This document shows positions 49,733 to 58,733 of a DNA stretch of 64,000 bases, one piece after another (the first letter of the stretch is position 1; each line of letters starts with the position of its first letter). Origin of the DNA: Nitrospirota bacterium. GTDB lineage: Bacteria; Nitrospirota; Thermodesulfovibrionia; Thermodesulfovibrionales; UBA1546. The notes below the pieces were generated by a model. The model made no database searches and was not told the origin of the DNA. It worked only from the letters and a program-made list of their open reading frames with translations. Where the stretch lies: contig JACRGY010000168.1 of the NCBI GenBank assembly GCA_016212165.1, positions 66 to 64,065 of the forward strand. Direction: 5' to 3'. The position numbers were made by a program, and so were the translations under genes.

Positions 49733-50278
49733 TTATGAGTACTTCTTCTTTAGTTTGGTGCTTTGCTCATCATAGCTCATAGAATATTTGCCTTGATTAT
49801 CAGGGGTGTAGATTTTGTATGGTTCTCTATCTTTGTTTTGCAAAGATCGTACAAGCTTGAATTCAGTTAAGTCATTGTTAAAAAAAGCTGAACCATAGAT
49901 CTCGCACAATTTTTGATTTGTCAGAATCTTTTCTTCAATTTGTTTCTTGGTTATACCAGGAGGGATATCATACAGATCTTTATGCTTCTTGTAGTCTGCG
50001 GGAGATTTATGCTGAATGATTCGCCATAATGCTGTTGAGTTCCAATCCGATTCTAGAAAATCATCGCTACCTTCACCGAACGAAAGGTAATAGTAATAGG
50101 GATAATCGTGGGGATGTAGAGTACCGCCTAAATGAACGTAACGTTTATCATTTCGATACGTGACCGAGAAACCATTTTTGTCAGCGGTGCTCTTTGTTTT
50201 TAAGAAGCCATAATCTGCGAGGAAATGGTTAAACACCAGTTCGATAGCTTTTCTAAATAAAGTTGCTGTCTCTTTCAT
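49733..50278 (-). CDS. Hypothetical protein (orphan, lower GC)
   Basis: 181 aa, no recognisable motif. Flanked by family B hairpins. Confidence 0.5.
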   Translation of the reverse strand: MKETATLFRKAIELVFNHFLADYGFLKTKSTADKNGFSVTYRNDKRYVHLGGTLHPHDYPYYYYLSFGEGSDDFLESDWNSTALWRIIQHKSPADYKKHKDLYDIPPGITKKQIEEKILTNQKLCEIYGSAFFNNDLTEFKLVRSLQNKDREPYKIYTPDNQGKYSMSYDEQSTKLKKKYS

Positions 50279-50475
50279 ATCGTTTCCCCAACATACTTAT
50301 GCCTAACATTATTTTTTTATGCCTCATGCATCTCGTAGAGTCGAGTCTACGACTTTTAATAAGATTTTATGGGGATTGGGGCTATCTGTCAAGGGAAATT
50401 AATTTTCGGTTGGATATTAAACGGCTTAGAAACAATCCCCTCATTCATCTCCGCCTTTTGTGTTATTCTTAAACA

Positions 50476-52953
50476 ATGAATCTTTCTCTTTTCCAAAAAC
50501 CAAGCAGATACATAAACAGTGAGGTGAACTCTCTCAGAAAAGAGGGAGAGGTGCGGGTTGCACTTGCATTTCCTGATATCTATGACGTAGGGATGTCTCA
50601 CCTTGGGCTGAAAATCCTCTATAAAATAATCAATGACCTTCCGTATGCCTCTGCTGAAAGAGCATTTCACCCGTGGCTTGACCTCGAAAAAGAGATGAAA
50701 TATAAGGGCATCCTCCTTTCTTCCCTTGAAACAGAGAGGCCTTTAAAGGATTTTGATATTGTGGGCTTCAGTTTTCAGTACGAGCTTTCTTATACAACTG
50801 TGCTTAACATGCTCCACCTCGCCGGAATTCCGATAAGAAGTGAGCATAGGGCAGAAGGAAAATGGCCGCTTGTAATCGCGGGAGGGCCATGCACTGTCAA
50901 TCCAATGCCGATGTCGCCTTTTATAGATGCTTTTTTGATTGGCGATGCTGAAGAAGCAATTGTAGAGATTCTTGATACATATAGAATATGGAAGAAAGAA
51001 GGCGACGCTAAAAAGGAATCGTTGTTTAAAGCTCTTTCAAGCATTGAGGGTATATATGTTCCCTTTGTTCGTAATTCAGCATCTTCTACCCCATCGCTCG
51101 TTGCTCATTGCTCATCACTAATAAAACGCCGTTATATCGAATCCCTCGACAATTTCCCATATCCCGAATCTCCTGTTGTCCCTTATACACAGATTGTCCA
51201 TGACAGAGTGAATATAGAAGTTTCGAGGGGCTGCACAATGGGCTGCAGGTTCTGCCAGGCAGGAATGATCTACAGGCCATTGCGAGAGAGAAGTCCTGAA
51301 AAAGCTTTGAGTATCGCTGAAAAATCTCTCAAAAATACAGGGCACGAAGAGGTTTCTTTTACATCCCTGAGCGCAGGTGATTATTCATGCCTTCTGCCTT
51401 TGCTGAAAGCATTTAACTGCCGTTTTTTGGACCGGAAGATTTCCCTGTCTTTGCCCTCATTGCGGGTTGCTGCTGTAAGTCAGGATGTACTAAAAGAGAT
51501 TAAAAGTGTAAGAAAAACAGGATTCACAATAGCGCCTGAGGCAGCAACCGGAAGGCTCAGAAATGTGATAAACAAGGACTTTACAGAAGAAGATTATGAG
51601 CGAAGCCTTAAGATGCTTTTTGAAGAAGGCTGGCAGAAACTTAAGCTCTATTTCATGGTAGGCCTTCCTACAGAGACACAGGAAGATATTGAAGCTATTC
51701 CTGATATGGCGCTCAAGGCATTGAAGATTGCAAAAAAACATACAAACAGATATGTGACCATAAACATCACCCTGTCACCATTTGTTCCAAAACCCCACAC
51801 CCCATTTCAATGGTACGGGCAGGAGAACATCGGCAGGATAAAGGAAAAGCTGAACTTTCTGAAAAACATGCTTCAAAGAAAGAAATTGATGGCAAAAGCA
51901 CACAATGAAGAGATGAGCCTGTTGGAGGCAGTATTTGCACGCGGAGATGAAAAGCTTTCAAATCTTATAGAAGAGGCATGGTCCTCGGGCTGCATTCTTG
52001 ATCCATGGACAGAGTCTTTTGATTTTAATAAATGGGCTGGCGCAATGGAGAAAACAGGGATAGATGCTTCTGCATACGCAGAAAAGACATATGCAAAAGA
52101 TGAACCGCTGCCCTGGGACATAATTGATACAGGGATTAAAAAAGAGTATCTCTATAAAGAATATCAGAAAGCAATATCAGCAGAGATAACAACTGATTGC
52201 AAAAAGACATGCCATGCGTGCGGATTAGAGTGCAAGGAAGCTAAAAGTGAAAAGTTAAAAGGTAAAAGTTTTAACGCACCTAATTCGCAACTCTTAACTC
52301 TTAACTCTCAACTCTCATCTTTGCATATCCGCGTTGAATTCTCAAAAACAGGCAAACTGAAATACCTTTCTCATTTTGAACTTGTGACGGCAATTACCCG
52401 TGCAATGAGAAGGATTGATATTCCGCTGGTATACTCTGCAGGATTTCATCCTTCGCCGCGCATATCTTTTGGCCCTGCGCTCGGTGTCGGTATTTCCGGC
52501 ATTAAAGAATACTTTGATATGGAGATAAAGCAGCCGTTTGATATAAACTATCTCTTATCAGAACTAAATTCTGTTCTGCCGGAGGGGTTGAAGCTGAGGG
52601 ATTGCGCCCTGATTTCAGCCAAAGAACCTTCCCTCAGCAGTTTCATATCAAGGTATGAATATGAAATAATATGCCCTGATTCCTCAGTGGCGAAACAGTT
52701 TTCTGAGAAGGAAGAAACTGACATAAGAGAAATGATTGAAGATATAAAAGTTATGGATAAAAAAACAGTCAGATTAATACTGGTTGATAGGGAAAGCAAA
52801 AAAGTAAGGCTGGGTGAACTGCTGCCAGAGATATTCAATGTCCCATACGGAGAGCTTGATATAACAAGGCTTGCAATGTACGGGTGGAAAAGCAGATGGT
52901 CAATGCCTCTCGGAATCGGGCCGCAACAACCGGAAGGAGCGAGCCATGGCTAG
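50476..52953 (+). CDS. B12-binding-domain radical SAM protein (TIGR03960-like) fused to a DUF2344/TIGR03936-like domain
   Basis: CTMGCRFCQAG CxxxCxxC motif. The C-terminal ~210 aa start at ..HIRVEFSKTGKLKYLSHFELV.. (DUF2344 signature). The linker is encoded by heptamer arrays. Confidence 0.8.
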   Translation: MNLSLFQKPSRYINSEVNSLRKEGEVRVALAFPDIYDVGMSHLGLKILYKIINDLPYASAERAFHPWLDLEKEMKYKGILLSSLETERPLKDFDIVGFSFQYELSYTTVLNMLHLAGIPIRSEHRAEGKWPLVIAGGPCTVNPMPMSPFIDAFLIGDAEEAIVEILDTYRIWKKEGDAKKESLFKALSSIEGIYVPFVRNSASSTPSLVAHCSSLIKRRYIESLDNFPYPESPVVPYTQIVHDRVNIEVSRGCTMGCRFCQAGMIYRPLRERSPEKALSIAEKSLKNTGHEEVSFTSLSAGDYSCLLPLLKAFNCRFLDRKISLSLPSLRVAAVSQDVLKEIKSVRKTGFTIAPEAATGRLRNVINKDFTEEDYERSLKMLFEEGWQKLKLYFMVGLPTETQEDIEAIPDMALKALKIAKKHTNRYVTINITLSPFVPKPHTPFQWYGQENIGRIKEKLNFLKNMLQRKKLMAKAHNEEMSLLEAVFARGDEKLSNLIEEAWSSGCILDPWTESFDFNKWAGAMEKTGIDASAYAEKTYAKDEPLPWDIIDTGIKKEYLYKEYQKAISAEITTDCKKTCHACGLECKEAKSEKLKGKSFNAPNSQLLTLNSQLSSLHIRVEFSKTGKLKYLSHFELVTAITRAMRRIDIPLVYSAGFHPSPRISFGPALGVGISGIKEYFDMEIKQPFDINYLLSELNSVLPEGLKLRDCALISAKEPSLSSFISRYEYEIICPDSSVAKQFSEKEETDIREMIEDIKVMDKKTVRLILVDRESKKVRLGELLPEIFNVPYGELDITRLAMYGWKSRWSMPLGIGPQQPEGASHG
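51094..51121. repeat. Heptamer array (TYGCTCR-like x ~4) inside the radical SAM gene
   Basis: TCGCTCG TTGCTCA TTGCTCA TCACTAA. Encodes ..PSLVAHCSSLI... Confidence 0.55.
52244..52316. repeat. Two adjacent heptamer arrays (AAAAGTK x ~4, then AACTCTY x4) at the rSAM/DUF2344 junction
   Basis: AAAAGTG AAAAGTT AAAGGT AAAAGTT ... AACTCTT AACTCTT AACTCTC AACTCTC. Encodes KSEKLKGKSFNAPNSQLLTLNSQLSS. Confidence 0.8.
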
Positions 52954-54451
52954 TGAAATCCTTATTAACGCAACGCACGAAGAGATAAGGGTGGGCCTTC
53001 TTGAAGGCGGGCAGGTCGTTGAGTTCTATGTTGAAAGAAAGCGTGATGCAAGCCTTGTAGGCAATATATATAAAGGCAAGGTTGTAAAGATACTTCCCGG
53101 AATGCAGTCTGCCTTTATAGACATCGGGCTTGAAAGAGCTGCTTTTCTTTATGTTGCCGATATAAGGGCTGATATCGAAGAGTATGCGCCGTTTCTTGAA
53201 GATGAAGAAAAAAGTGATTCCCTTGAATTTATCTCCAGAAGAGGCCGGCCGGAACTTTCAATAGAGGAACTCATACAGCAGGGCCAGGAAATTCTTGTCC
53301 ATGTATCAAAAGACCCTATCGGAAGCAAAGGCGCGCGCGTGACATCATACATTACAATGCCAGGAAGATATCTTGTGCTGATGCCTAATGTTGAGCATGT
53401 TGGAATTTCGCGAAGGATAGCGGACGAAAAAGAGAGGGCGCGGTTGAAGGCGATAGTTGAGGCCATAAAACCCAAGGGGTACGGCCTTATAATCAGGACC
53501 GCAAGCGAGGGGTGCAGCGAAGAAGAGCTTCAAAAAGACCTTGAGTTTCTTATCCTGATATGGGAGAACATACAGAGGAAAAAAGATAAAGTAACAGCCC
53601 CTTCACTTCTTTACAGCGACCTGGACCTTGTGTTCAGGAGTATCCGGGACCTGCTGACCCAGAATGTTGAAAGGCTTGTAATTGATTCTCCCGAGGAATA
53701 CGAAAAGATTAAGGAATTCGTCAAGACTTATTTTCCGAAACTGCTTGACAAGATAGTCCTCTATGAAGGGCAGGAGCCGATATTCGATGCCTTCGGCATA
53801 GAGCTGGACATCTCAAGGGCGTTGGGCAGAAAGGTCTGGCTTAAATCAGGCGGGTATATAGTAATTGACCAGATAGAGGCCATGACTGTAATAGATGTAA
53901 ATACAGGAAAATTCGTCGGCAAGGAAGGGCTTGAAGATACAATACTTAAAACAAACCTTGAGGCTGTAAAAGAAATTGCATATCAGATAAGGCTCAGAAA
54001 CCTCGGCGGCATAATAATTATTGATTTCATAGACATGGAAAGGCATGAAAACAGGGAAAAAGTGTTTAATGCATTTGTTGAGGCCATGAAAAAAGACAGG
54101 GCCAAAAATACAATCTTCCATATATCCGAGCTCGGCCTCATACAGATGACCAGGAAACGCGTGAGGGAGAGTATCGGCAGAATACTTTGCGAACCATGCC
54201 CTTATTGCGAGGCAAAGGGTTTTGTAAAATCTCCCCGCACCCTCTGTTACGAGATATTAAGAAAAATAACCAGGCTTGCCAAGCACGGCAGCGAGAAGAT
54301 AATTGTCACGGCACACCCTTCTGTTGCAGAGCTTCTCTCTGATGAGGAAAGACTCGGGCTGGAGGAGATAGAGAACCGTTACGGCATAAAGGTCATAATA
54401 AAAGAAAGCATTCACCTTCATCAAGAGAACTACGAAATAGCATCACTCTGA
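52946..54451 (+). CDS. rng: Ribonuclease G/E family endoribonuclease
   Basis: S1 domain (GNIYKGKVVKILPGMQSAFIDIG) and catalytic ..IVIDQIEAMTVIDVNTGKF... Its start overlaps the rSAM stop. Confidence 0.9.
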   Translation: MASEILINATHEEIRVGLLEGGQVVEFYVERKRDASLVGNIYKGKVVKILPGMQSAFIDIGLERAAFLYVADIRADIEEYAPFLEDEEKSDSLEFISRRGRPELSIEELIQQGQEILVHVSKDPIGSKGARVTSYITMPGRYLVLMPNVEHVGISRRIADEKERARLKAIVEAIKPKGYGLIIRTASEGCSEEELQKDLEFLILIWENIQRKKDKVTAPSLLYSDLDLVFRSIRDLLTQNVERLVIDSPEEYEKIKEFVKTYFPKLLDKIVLYEGQEPIFDAFGIELDISRALGRKVWLKSGGYIVIDQIEAMTVIDVNTGKFVGKEGLEDTILKTNLEAVKEIAYQIRLRNLGGIIIIDFIDMERHENREKVFNAFVEAMKKDRAKNTIFHISELGLIQMTRKRVRESIGRILCEPCPYCEAKGFVKSPRTLCYEILRKITRLAKHGSEKIIVTAHPSVAELLSDEERLGLEEIENRYGIKVIIKESIHLHQENYEIASL

Positions 54452-54475
54452 TAGATATTTACAGCGGTTTAATAT

Positions 54476-54614
54476 GCAGGGCATAGTATCTTCGCTCATT
54501 CTCGCTGCGCTCCGAGGATTTTGCCTCGACCCCCCTTAAATTCCCCCCTTGGTAAGGGGGGACACAGAGGGGGGGACTATCGGCAAAATAAACCGCTCAA
54601 ACACTATGCCCTGC
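54476..54614 (-). repeat. Family A element, copy A6
   Basis: Outer stem GCAGGGCATAGT/ACTATGCCCTGC, the block CGCTCATTCTCGCTGCGCTCCGAGGATTTTGCC, central CCCCCCTTGGTAAGGGGGG, and CGGCAAAATAAACCGCTC. Confidence 0.85.
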
Positions 54615-54647
54615 TAAATTTGTTACAATTTATTGGTAATATTAAAA

Positions 54648-55475
54648 ATGTCATCTTCTAAATTAGAAAAACTTTTAGAAATCCTGCAAAAGATGGAAAG
54701 CGCAGTCCTTGCCTATTCAGGAGGGGTTGACAGCACGCTTTTGCTTAAGGCGATGCAGCTTTCAGGGATAAAGTCCCTTGCTGTGACAGGAGTTTCCGAA
54801 ACAATGCCGGAACAGGATTTCATCGCATCAAAAAAAATGGCTGAAAAAACAGGTATAGAACAAAAAATCATCAGGACAGATGAGCTCAGGATTAAAAATT
54901 TTATGAATAATCCTCTTGACAGGTGTTTTTTTTGCAAGAATGAACTTTTTGGGAAGATAAAAAAAATAGCTGAAAAAGGGGGCTACGGTTTTGTGCTCGA
55001 CGGCAGCAATTTTGATGATATGGATGACTGGAGGCCCGGAAGAAAGGCTGCACTGAAACATGGGGTAAAGAGTCCCCTGGTAGAGGCCGGGTTAAACAAA
55101 AAAGAGATAAGAAATATATCTAAAAAACTTAAGCTTCCTGCGTGGGACAAGCCTTCTTCGCCGTGTCTTGCATCGAGATTTCCTTATGGAGAACAAATAA
55201 CCGGCAAGGCATTAAAACAGGTGGCAGAGGCAGAGAAGTTCCTGAAGTCTGTCGGGTTTGCAGAGTTTCGTGTCCGGCATCATGGAGATGTTGCAAGGAT
55301 TGAGCTCAAAGAAAATGATTTTAAAAAATTGCTCTCATCACGTGTTAGAAAAGTTGTCACGGAAAAATTAAAATCCCTCGGATATAAATTTATTTCTCTG
55401 GACCTCGAAGGCTTCAGAAGCGGAAGAATGAATGAAGGCTTGAAAAAAGCATCCCGGCGAACCAGACGGGCCTGA
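54648..55475 (+). CDS. PP-loop ATP-utilising enzyme, LarE-like (TIGR00268-type)
   Basis: AYSGGVDSTLL PP-loop and the PSSPCLASRFPYG cysteine motif. Confidence 0.7.
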   Translation: MSSSKLEKLLEILQKMESAVLAYSGGVDSTLLLKAMQLSGIKSLAVTGVSETMPEQDFIASKKMAEKTGIEQKIIRTDELRIKNFMNNPLDRCFFCKNELFGKIKKIAEKGGYGFVLDGSNFDDMDDWRPGRKAALKHGVKSPLVEAGLNKKEIRNISKKLKLPAWDKPSSPCLASRFPYGEQITGKALKQVAEAEKFLKSVGFAEFRVRHHGDVARIELKENDFKKLLSSRVRKVVTEKLKSLGYKFISLDLEGFRSGRMNEGLKKASRRTRRA

Positions 55476-56659
55476 TGAAAAACTCAAACCTGCTTAAAGA
55501 CCTTGAAAAATGCGTCAGGTGCGGAAGCTGCAAGGCTTATTGCCCCACGTATGATGAAGCTGGGACAGAAGCCATGGGAGCAAGGGGCAGGCTTATCCTG
55601 CTGAGAGAGCTGATGCTTCAGAGGTTAAAACCAACCCCAGTCCTGAATGATAAGATTTTCAGCTGCATTTTGTGCGGGGCATGTGCAGGCCTCTGCCCTG
55701 GTAATGTTGATATAACAGAGGATATATACAGGGGCAGAAAGATCCTTAGACAAAGCGATAAAAAAAGGCGGTATTTACGGGTTCTTGCAAAATTCTTTGT
55801 GCAGAGGCCTGCCTTAACTTTCAGGATGTCCCAGATATTGCAGTATATAGCATTCCCGTATCTTGTAAAAAAAGGCTTTATCCCTTCTAACTTCAGCCTG
55901 CCTGAAGTCCCCTTTAAAGATGGGCATCAGGTGTATAAGGTGTCTAAACCGCGGGGAAGGGTGGCCATATTCACAGGGTGCAGCATAAATTTTCTGTATC
56001 CGCACCTCGGAGTATCTTTGATAAATATACTCCTTAAGGCCGGTTATGAAGTAGTGGTCCCAAGCGGTGAGGTATGCTGCGGTATGCCGCTCAGGACACT
56101 TGGGATGGAAGACGAGGCAATAGAGCTTGCAAAAAAAAATGTAAGGATATTTGGCAAGCTGAAAGTTGAGGCTGTCCTGAGCCTTTGCCCCACGTGTGTC
56201 CTTGCATTAAAAAATCAATATCCGAAAATGATCGGCAAGGGAATAAATGCTGCAATGGATGTATCAAGTTTTCTGCTCGATAAATTAGACCTACATCAAT
56301 TATCCCTGATTTCCAAACGCCCAGCTACTGTAACGTATCATGACCCGTGCCATCTCATGTACGGGCTTGGCGTAAAAAGGCAGCCGAGGGAGCTGCTTAA
56401 GACAATTGGCATTAATGTATTGGAAAAAAAACAGGAAGGCTGCTGCGGCTTTGGCGGGCTTTTTAGCCTGTCGTACAGGGATATTTCAAACAGGCTGCTG
56501 CAAAAGCAGACTGGAAGCCATTCAGAGACAGGCGCAGGAACAATTGTAACCGCATGTCCCGGCTGCATGATGCAGTTAAGCAAGGCAGGGAAAGACAGGC
56601 CTGTTTTTCATATTATTGAGCTGATTGAAGAGGCATATTGCGGCAGCAATGAGTTATAA
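55475..56659 (+). CDS. (Fe-S)-binding CCG-domain oxidoreductase (GlcF/HdrD-like)
   Basis: CVRCGSCKAYCP and CILCGACAGLCP ferredoxin motifs plus two CCG-type Cys-rich domains (EVCCGMP, EGCCGFGG). Confidence 0.75.
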   Translation: MKNSNLLKDLEKCVRCGSCKAYCPTYDEAGTEAMGARGRLILLRELMLQRLKPTPVLNDKIFSCILCGACAGLCPGNVDITEDIYRGRKILRQSDKKRRYLRVLAKFFVQRPALTFRMSQILQYIAFPYLVKKGFIPSNFSLPEVPFKDGHQVYKVSKPRGRVAIFTGCSINFLYPHLGVSLINILLKAGYEVVVPSGEVCCGMPLRTLGMEDEAIELAKKNVRIFGKLKVEAVLSLCPTCVLALKNQYPKMIGKGINAAMDVSSFLLDKLDLHQLSLISKRPATVTYHDPCHLMYGLGVKRQPRELLKTIGINVLEKKQEGCCGFGGLFSLSYRDISNRLLQKQTGSHSETGAGTIVTACPGCMMQLSKAGKDRPVFHIIELIEEAYCGSNEL

Positions 56660-56704
56660 TAAAACCCGAATTACTAATACGGTCATTAGTAAGGCGACAC
56701 AAAA

Positions 56705-56767
56705 TGTCATTCCCGCTTGTCGGGAATCTTTCTTTTCCTGAAGGATTGCGGACAAGCCGCAATGACA
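56705..56767. repeat. Family B hairpin elements
   Basis: GTCATTCCCGCTTGTCGGGAATC and GGATTGCGGACAAGCCGCAATGACA. Confidence 0.6.
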
Positions 56768-56839
56768 GAAAAGGTGTTAATGTAGTCCTGCTTATGCAGG
56801 CGATAGATAGCAATTTTAAATTTACAAATTGGGGGGAAT

Positions 56840-57487
56840 ATGAAATTTTTTATTGACACGGCAAATGTTGCTGAGATTAAAAAGGCGTGGGAAGTGGGTG
56901 TTATTGACGGGGTCACGACAAATCCGTCGTTAGTTTCAAAAGAAGGGAAAGAACCTGTTGAACTGCTGAAAGAGATATGCTCGATCGTTGACGGCCCTGT
57001 AAGCGCAGAGGCAGTAAGCCTGAAATCAGACGAGATGATAAAAGAGGCTGAAGTACTTGCAAGGATACACAAAAATATCGTTGTAAAAATTCCCATGACA
57101 GAAGACGGCCTGAGGGCAACAAAAAAACTTTCAGGGATGGGCATAAAGACAAATGTCACGCTTGTATTTTCTCCGAGCCAGGCATTGCTTGCTGCAAAGG
57201 CAGGCGCAACATATGTCAGCCCGTTTGTCGGAAGGCTTGATGACATAAGCCATTATGGGATGGGTTTGATACAGGAGATAATGACGATTTATGAAAATTA
57301 TGCATTCGAGACACAGATCATAGTTGCAAGCATCAGGAATCCATTGCATGTTGTTGAGGCAGCAAAAATGGGCGCGCATGTTGCAACAATTCCATATTCT
57401 GTAATAGTGCAGCTCACAAAACATCCTCTCACAGATATTGGGATAGCGAAGTTTCTGAAAGACTGGGAAAAGGTTCCGAAGAAATAG
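56840..57487 (+). CDS. fsa: Fructose-6-phosphate aldolase / type 3B transaldolase
   Basis: [22 protein letters not shown] and the Schiff-base Lys context VVKIP; 215 aa. Confidence 0.9.
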   Translation: MKFFIDTANVAEIKKAWEVGVIDGVTTNPSLVSKEGKEPVELLKEICSIVDGPVSAEAVSLKSDEMIKEAEVLARIHKNIVVKIPMTEDGLRATKKLSGMGIKTNVTLVFSPSQALLAAKAGATYVSPFVGRLDDISHYGMGLIQEIMTIYENYAFETQIIVASIRNPLHVVEAAKMGAHVATIPYSVIVQLTKHPLTDIGIAKFLKDWEKVPKK

Positions 57488-57511
57488 TTTTCAATGCAAG
57501 AATGCTCTTAA

Positions 57512-57784
57512 ATGAAAACATTACAAAAAATTCGACAAAAGGTTATAGAAAAAGATTATTACCTTTCCGACCATGCAGAAGAAGAAATGCTGGATGACGA
57601 GTTGGAAAGAGCGGACATTGAAAATGCTATACTAAAAGGAAGAATAGAGAAGAAACTAACAGAAGACATACGTGGAACGAGATATAGAATTGAAGGCCCT
57701 GCAAGAGATGGTAGAATTATTCATGTTGTATGCAGGTTTAAAGAGCATGGCAATCTTATTCTTATAACAGCTTATGCTTTATAG
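57512..57784 (+). CDS. DUF4258-family toxin-like protein
   Basis: ..YLSDHAEEEMLDD.. and ..IHVVC.....LILITAY pattern; 90 aa. Confidence 0.65.
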   Translation: MKTLQKIRQKVIEKDYYLSDHAEEEMLDDELERADIENAILKGRIEKKLTEDIRGTRYRIEGPARDGRIIHVVCRFKEHGNLILITAYAL

Positions 57785-57793
57785 GAGGAAAGT

Positions 57794-58015
57794 ATGATTT
57801 GTGAATTTTGCGGAGGACAAACAGCAAAAAAGAAAGTCAAAAGACAGCATTGGCTTCATCGGAGGTTGTATATAGTTGAGAATGTTGAGGCTGAAGTTTG
57901 CTCTGAATGCGGTGAAAGATATTTTCACGCAAAAGTACTTGATGGGATAGACAGTCTTCTTGAATCCACACATACTATTAAAGAAAAATTGGAAGTAGAA
58001 GTTGTTAGTTTATAA
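57794..58015 (+). CDS. YgiT-type (MqsA N-terminal-like) zinc-finger antitoxin-like protein
   Basis: C.FCGG ... VCSECGERYF zinc-ribbon pairs; 73 aa. Starts 10 nt after the DUF4258 gene. Confidence 0.65.
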   Translation: MICEFCGGQTAKKKVKRQHWLHRRLYIVENVEAEVCSECGERYFHAKVLDGIDSLLESTHTIKEKLEVEVVSL

Positions 58016-58083
58016 GCAGGAATGCCTTCCTCATTAATTATATCGCATGCGACATAAAAGATAATGTTAGCCGGACAATAATA

Positions 58084-58383
58084 ATGAGCAAGAATAATGC
58101 ATATTTATTGCGGATACTCAGGATAGGTCATGACTCCTCTATGAGGGGTGAGGGCATATCAATTCATGATGCAATAGTCCGCACACGCTATAATGAACAT
58201 CGCTCAAGCTTTGGTGTAGGAGAAGTTTTACAACTACTCAAGACAAATAGAGAACTAATTGAGGAATGGATATTATATTCGGAGGACAAACGAACAAGCG
58301 GCGGGTGGTACATTTTACGGGAAAATGAGATTGGTCGCATCGATGATAAAAATTCAAAGCTGCGGTTCGAATCAATTGAGTAG
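58084..58383 (+). CDS. Hypothetical protein (TAG stop followed by 20 more in-frame sense codons)
   Basis: 99 aa, no motif recognised. Confidence 0.4.
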   Translation: MSKNNAYLLRILRIGHDSSMRGEGISIHDAIVRTRYNEHRSSFGVGEVLQLLKTNRELIEEWILYSEDKRTSGGWYILRENEIGRIDDKNSKLRFESIE

Positions 58384-58507
58384 GCTGCTGCAGAATATAT
58401 TGTTAGAGAACTGGACTTTTGGGCAGGATTGAATAAAGCCAGCTAACATCAGCATCAATACCGACCCTAAGAACTCTGAAATATCAGAGAGCATGTTATA
58501 ATAATTC

Positions 58508-58723
58508 ATGCCGATTTATGAATATAAATGCTGCAAATGCGAAGAGGATTTTGAGAAACTCGTCTTCGGAAGCCAGAAGGTCACATGCCCGAAATGCAAT
58601 TCCGGTAATATAAAAAAGAAGATGTCCACCTTCGCCATGAGCGGGGTTGAAAAGCCATTTGCAGGCTCATCCTCTGCAAGCTGCTCTTCATGCAGCAAAC
58701 CGTCCTGCACTTCCTGCCATTAA
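58508..58723 (+). CDS. FmdB-family zinc-ribbon protein
   Basis: [16 protein letters not shown]...CPKC. Confidence 0.85.
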   Translation: MPIYEYKCCKCEEDFEKLVFGSQKVTCPKCNSGNIKKKMSTFAMSGVEKPFAGSSSASCSSCSKPSCTSCH

Positions 58724-58733
58724 ATTTATTTTT

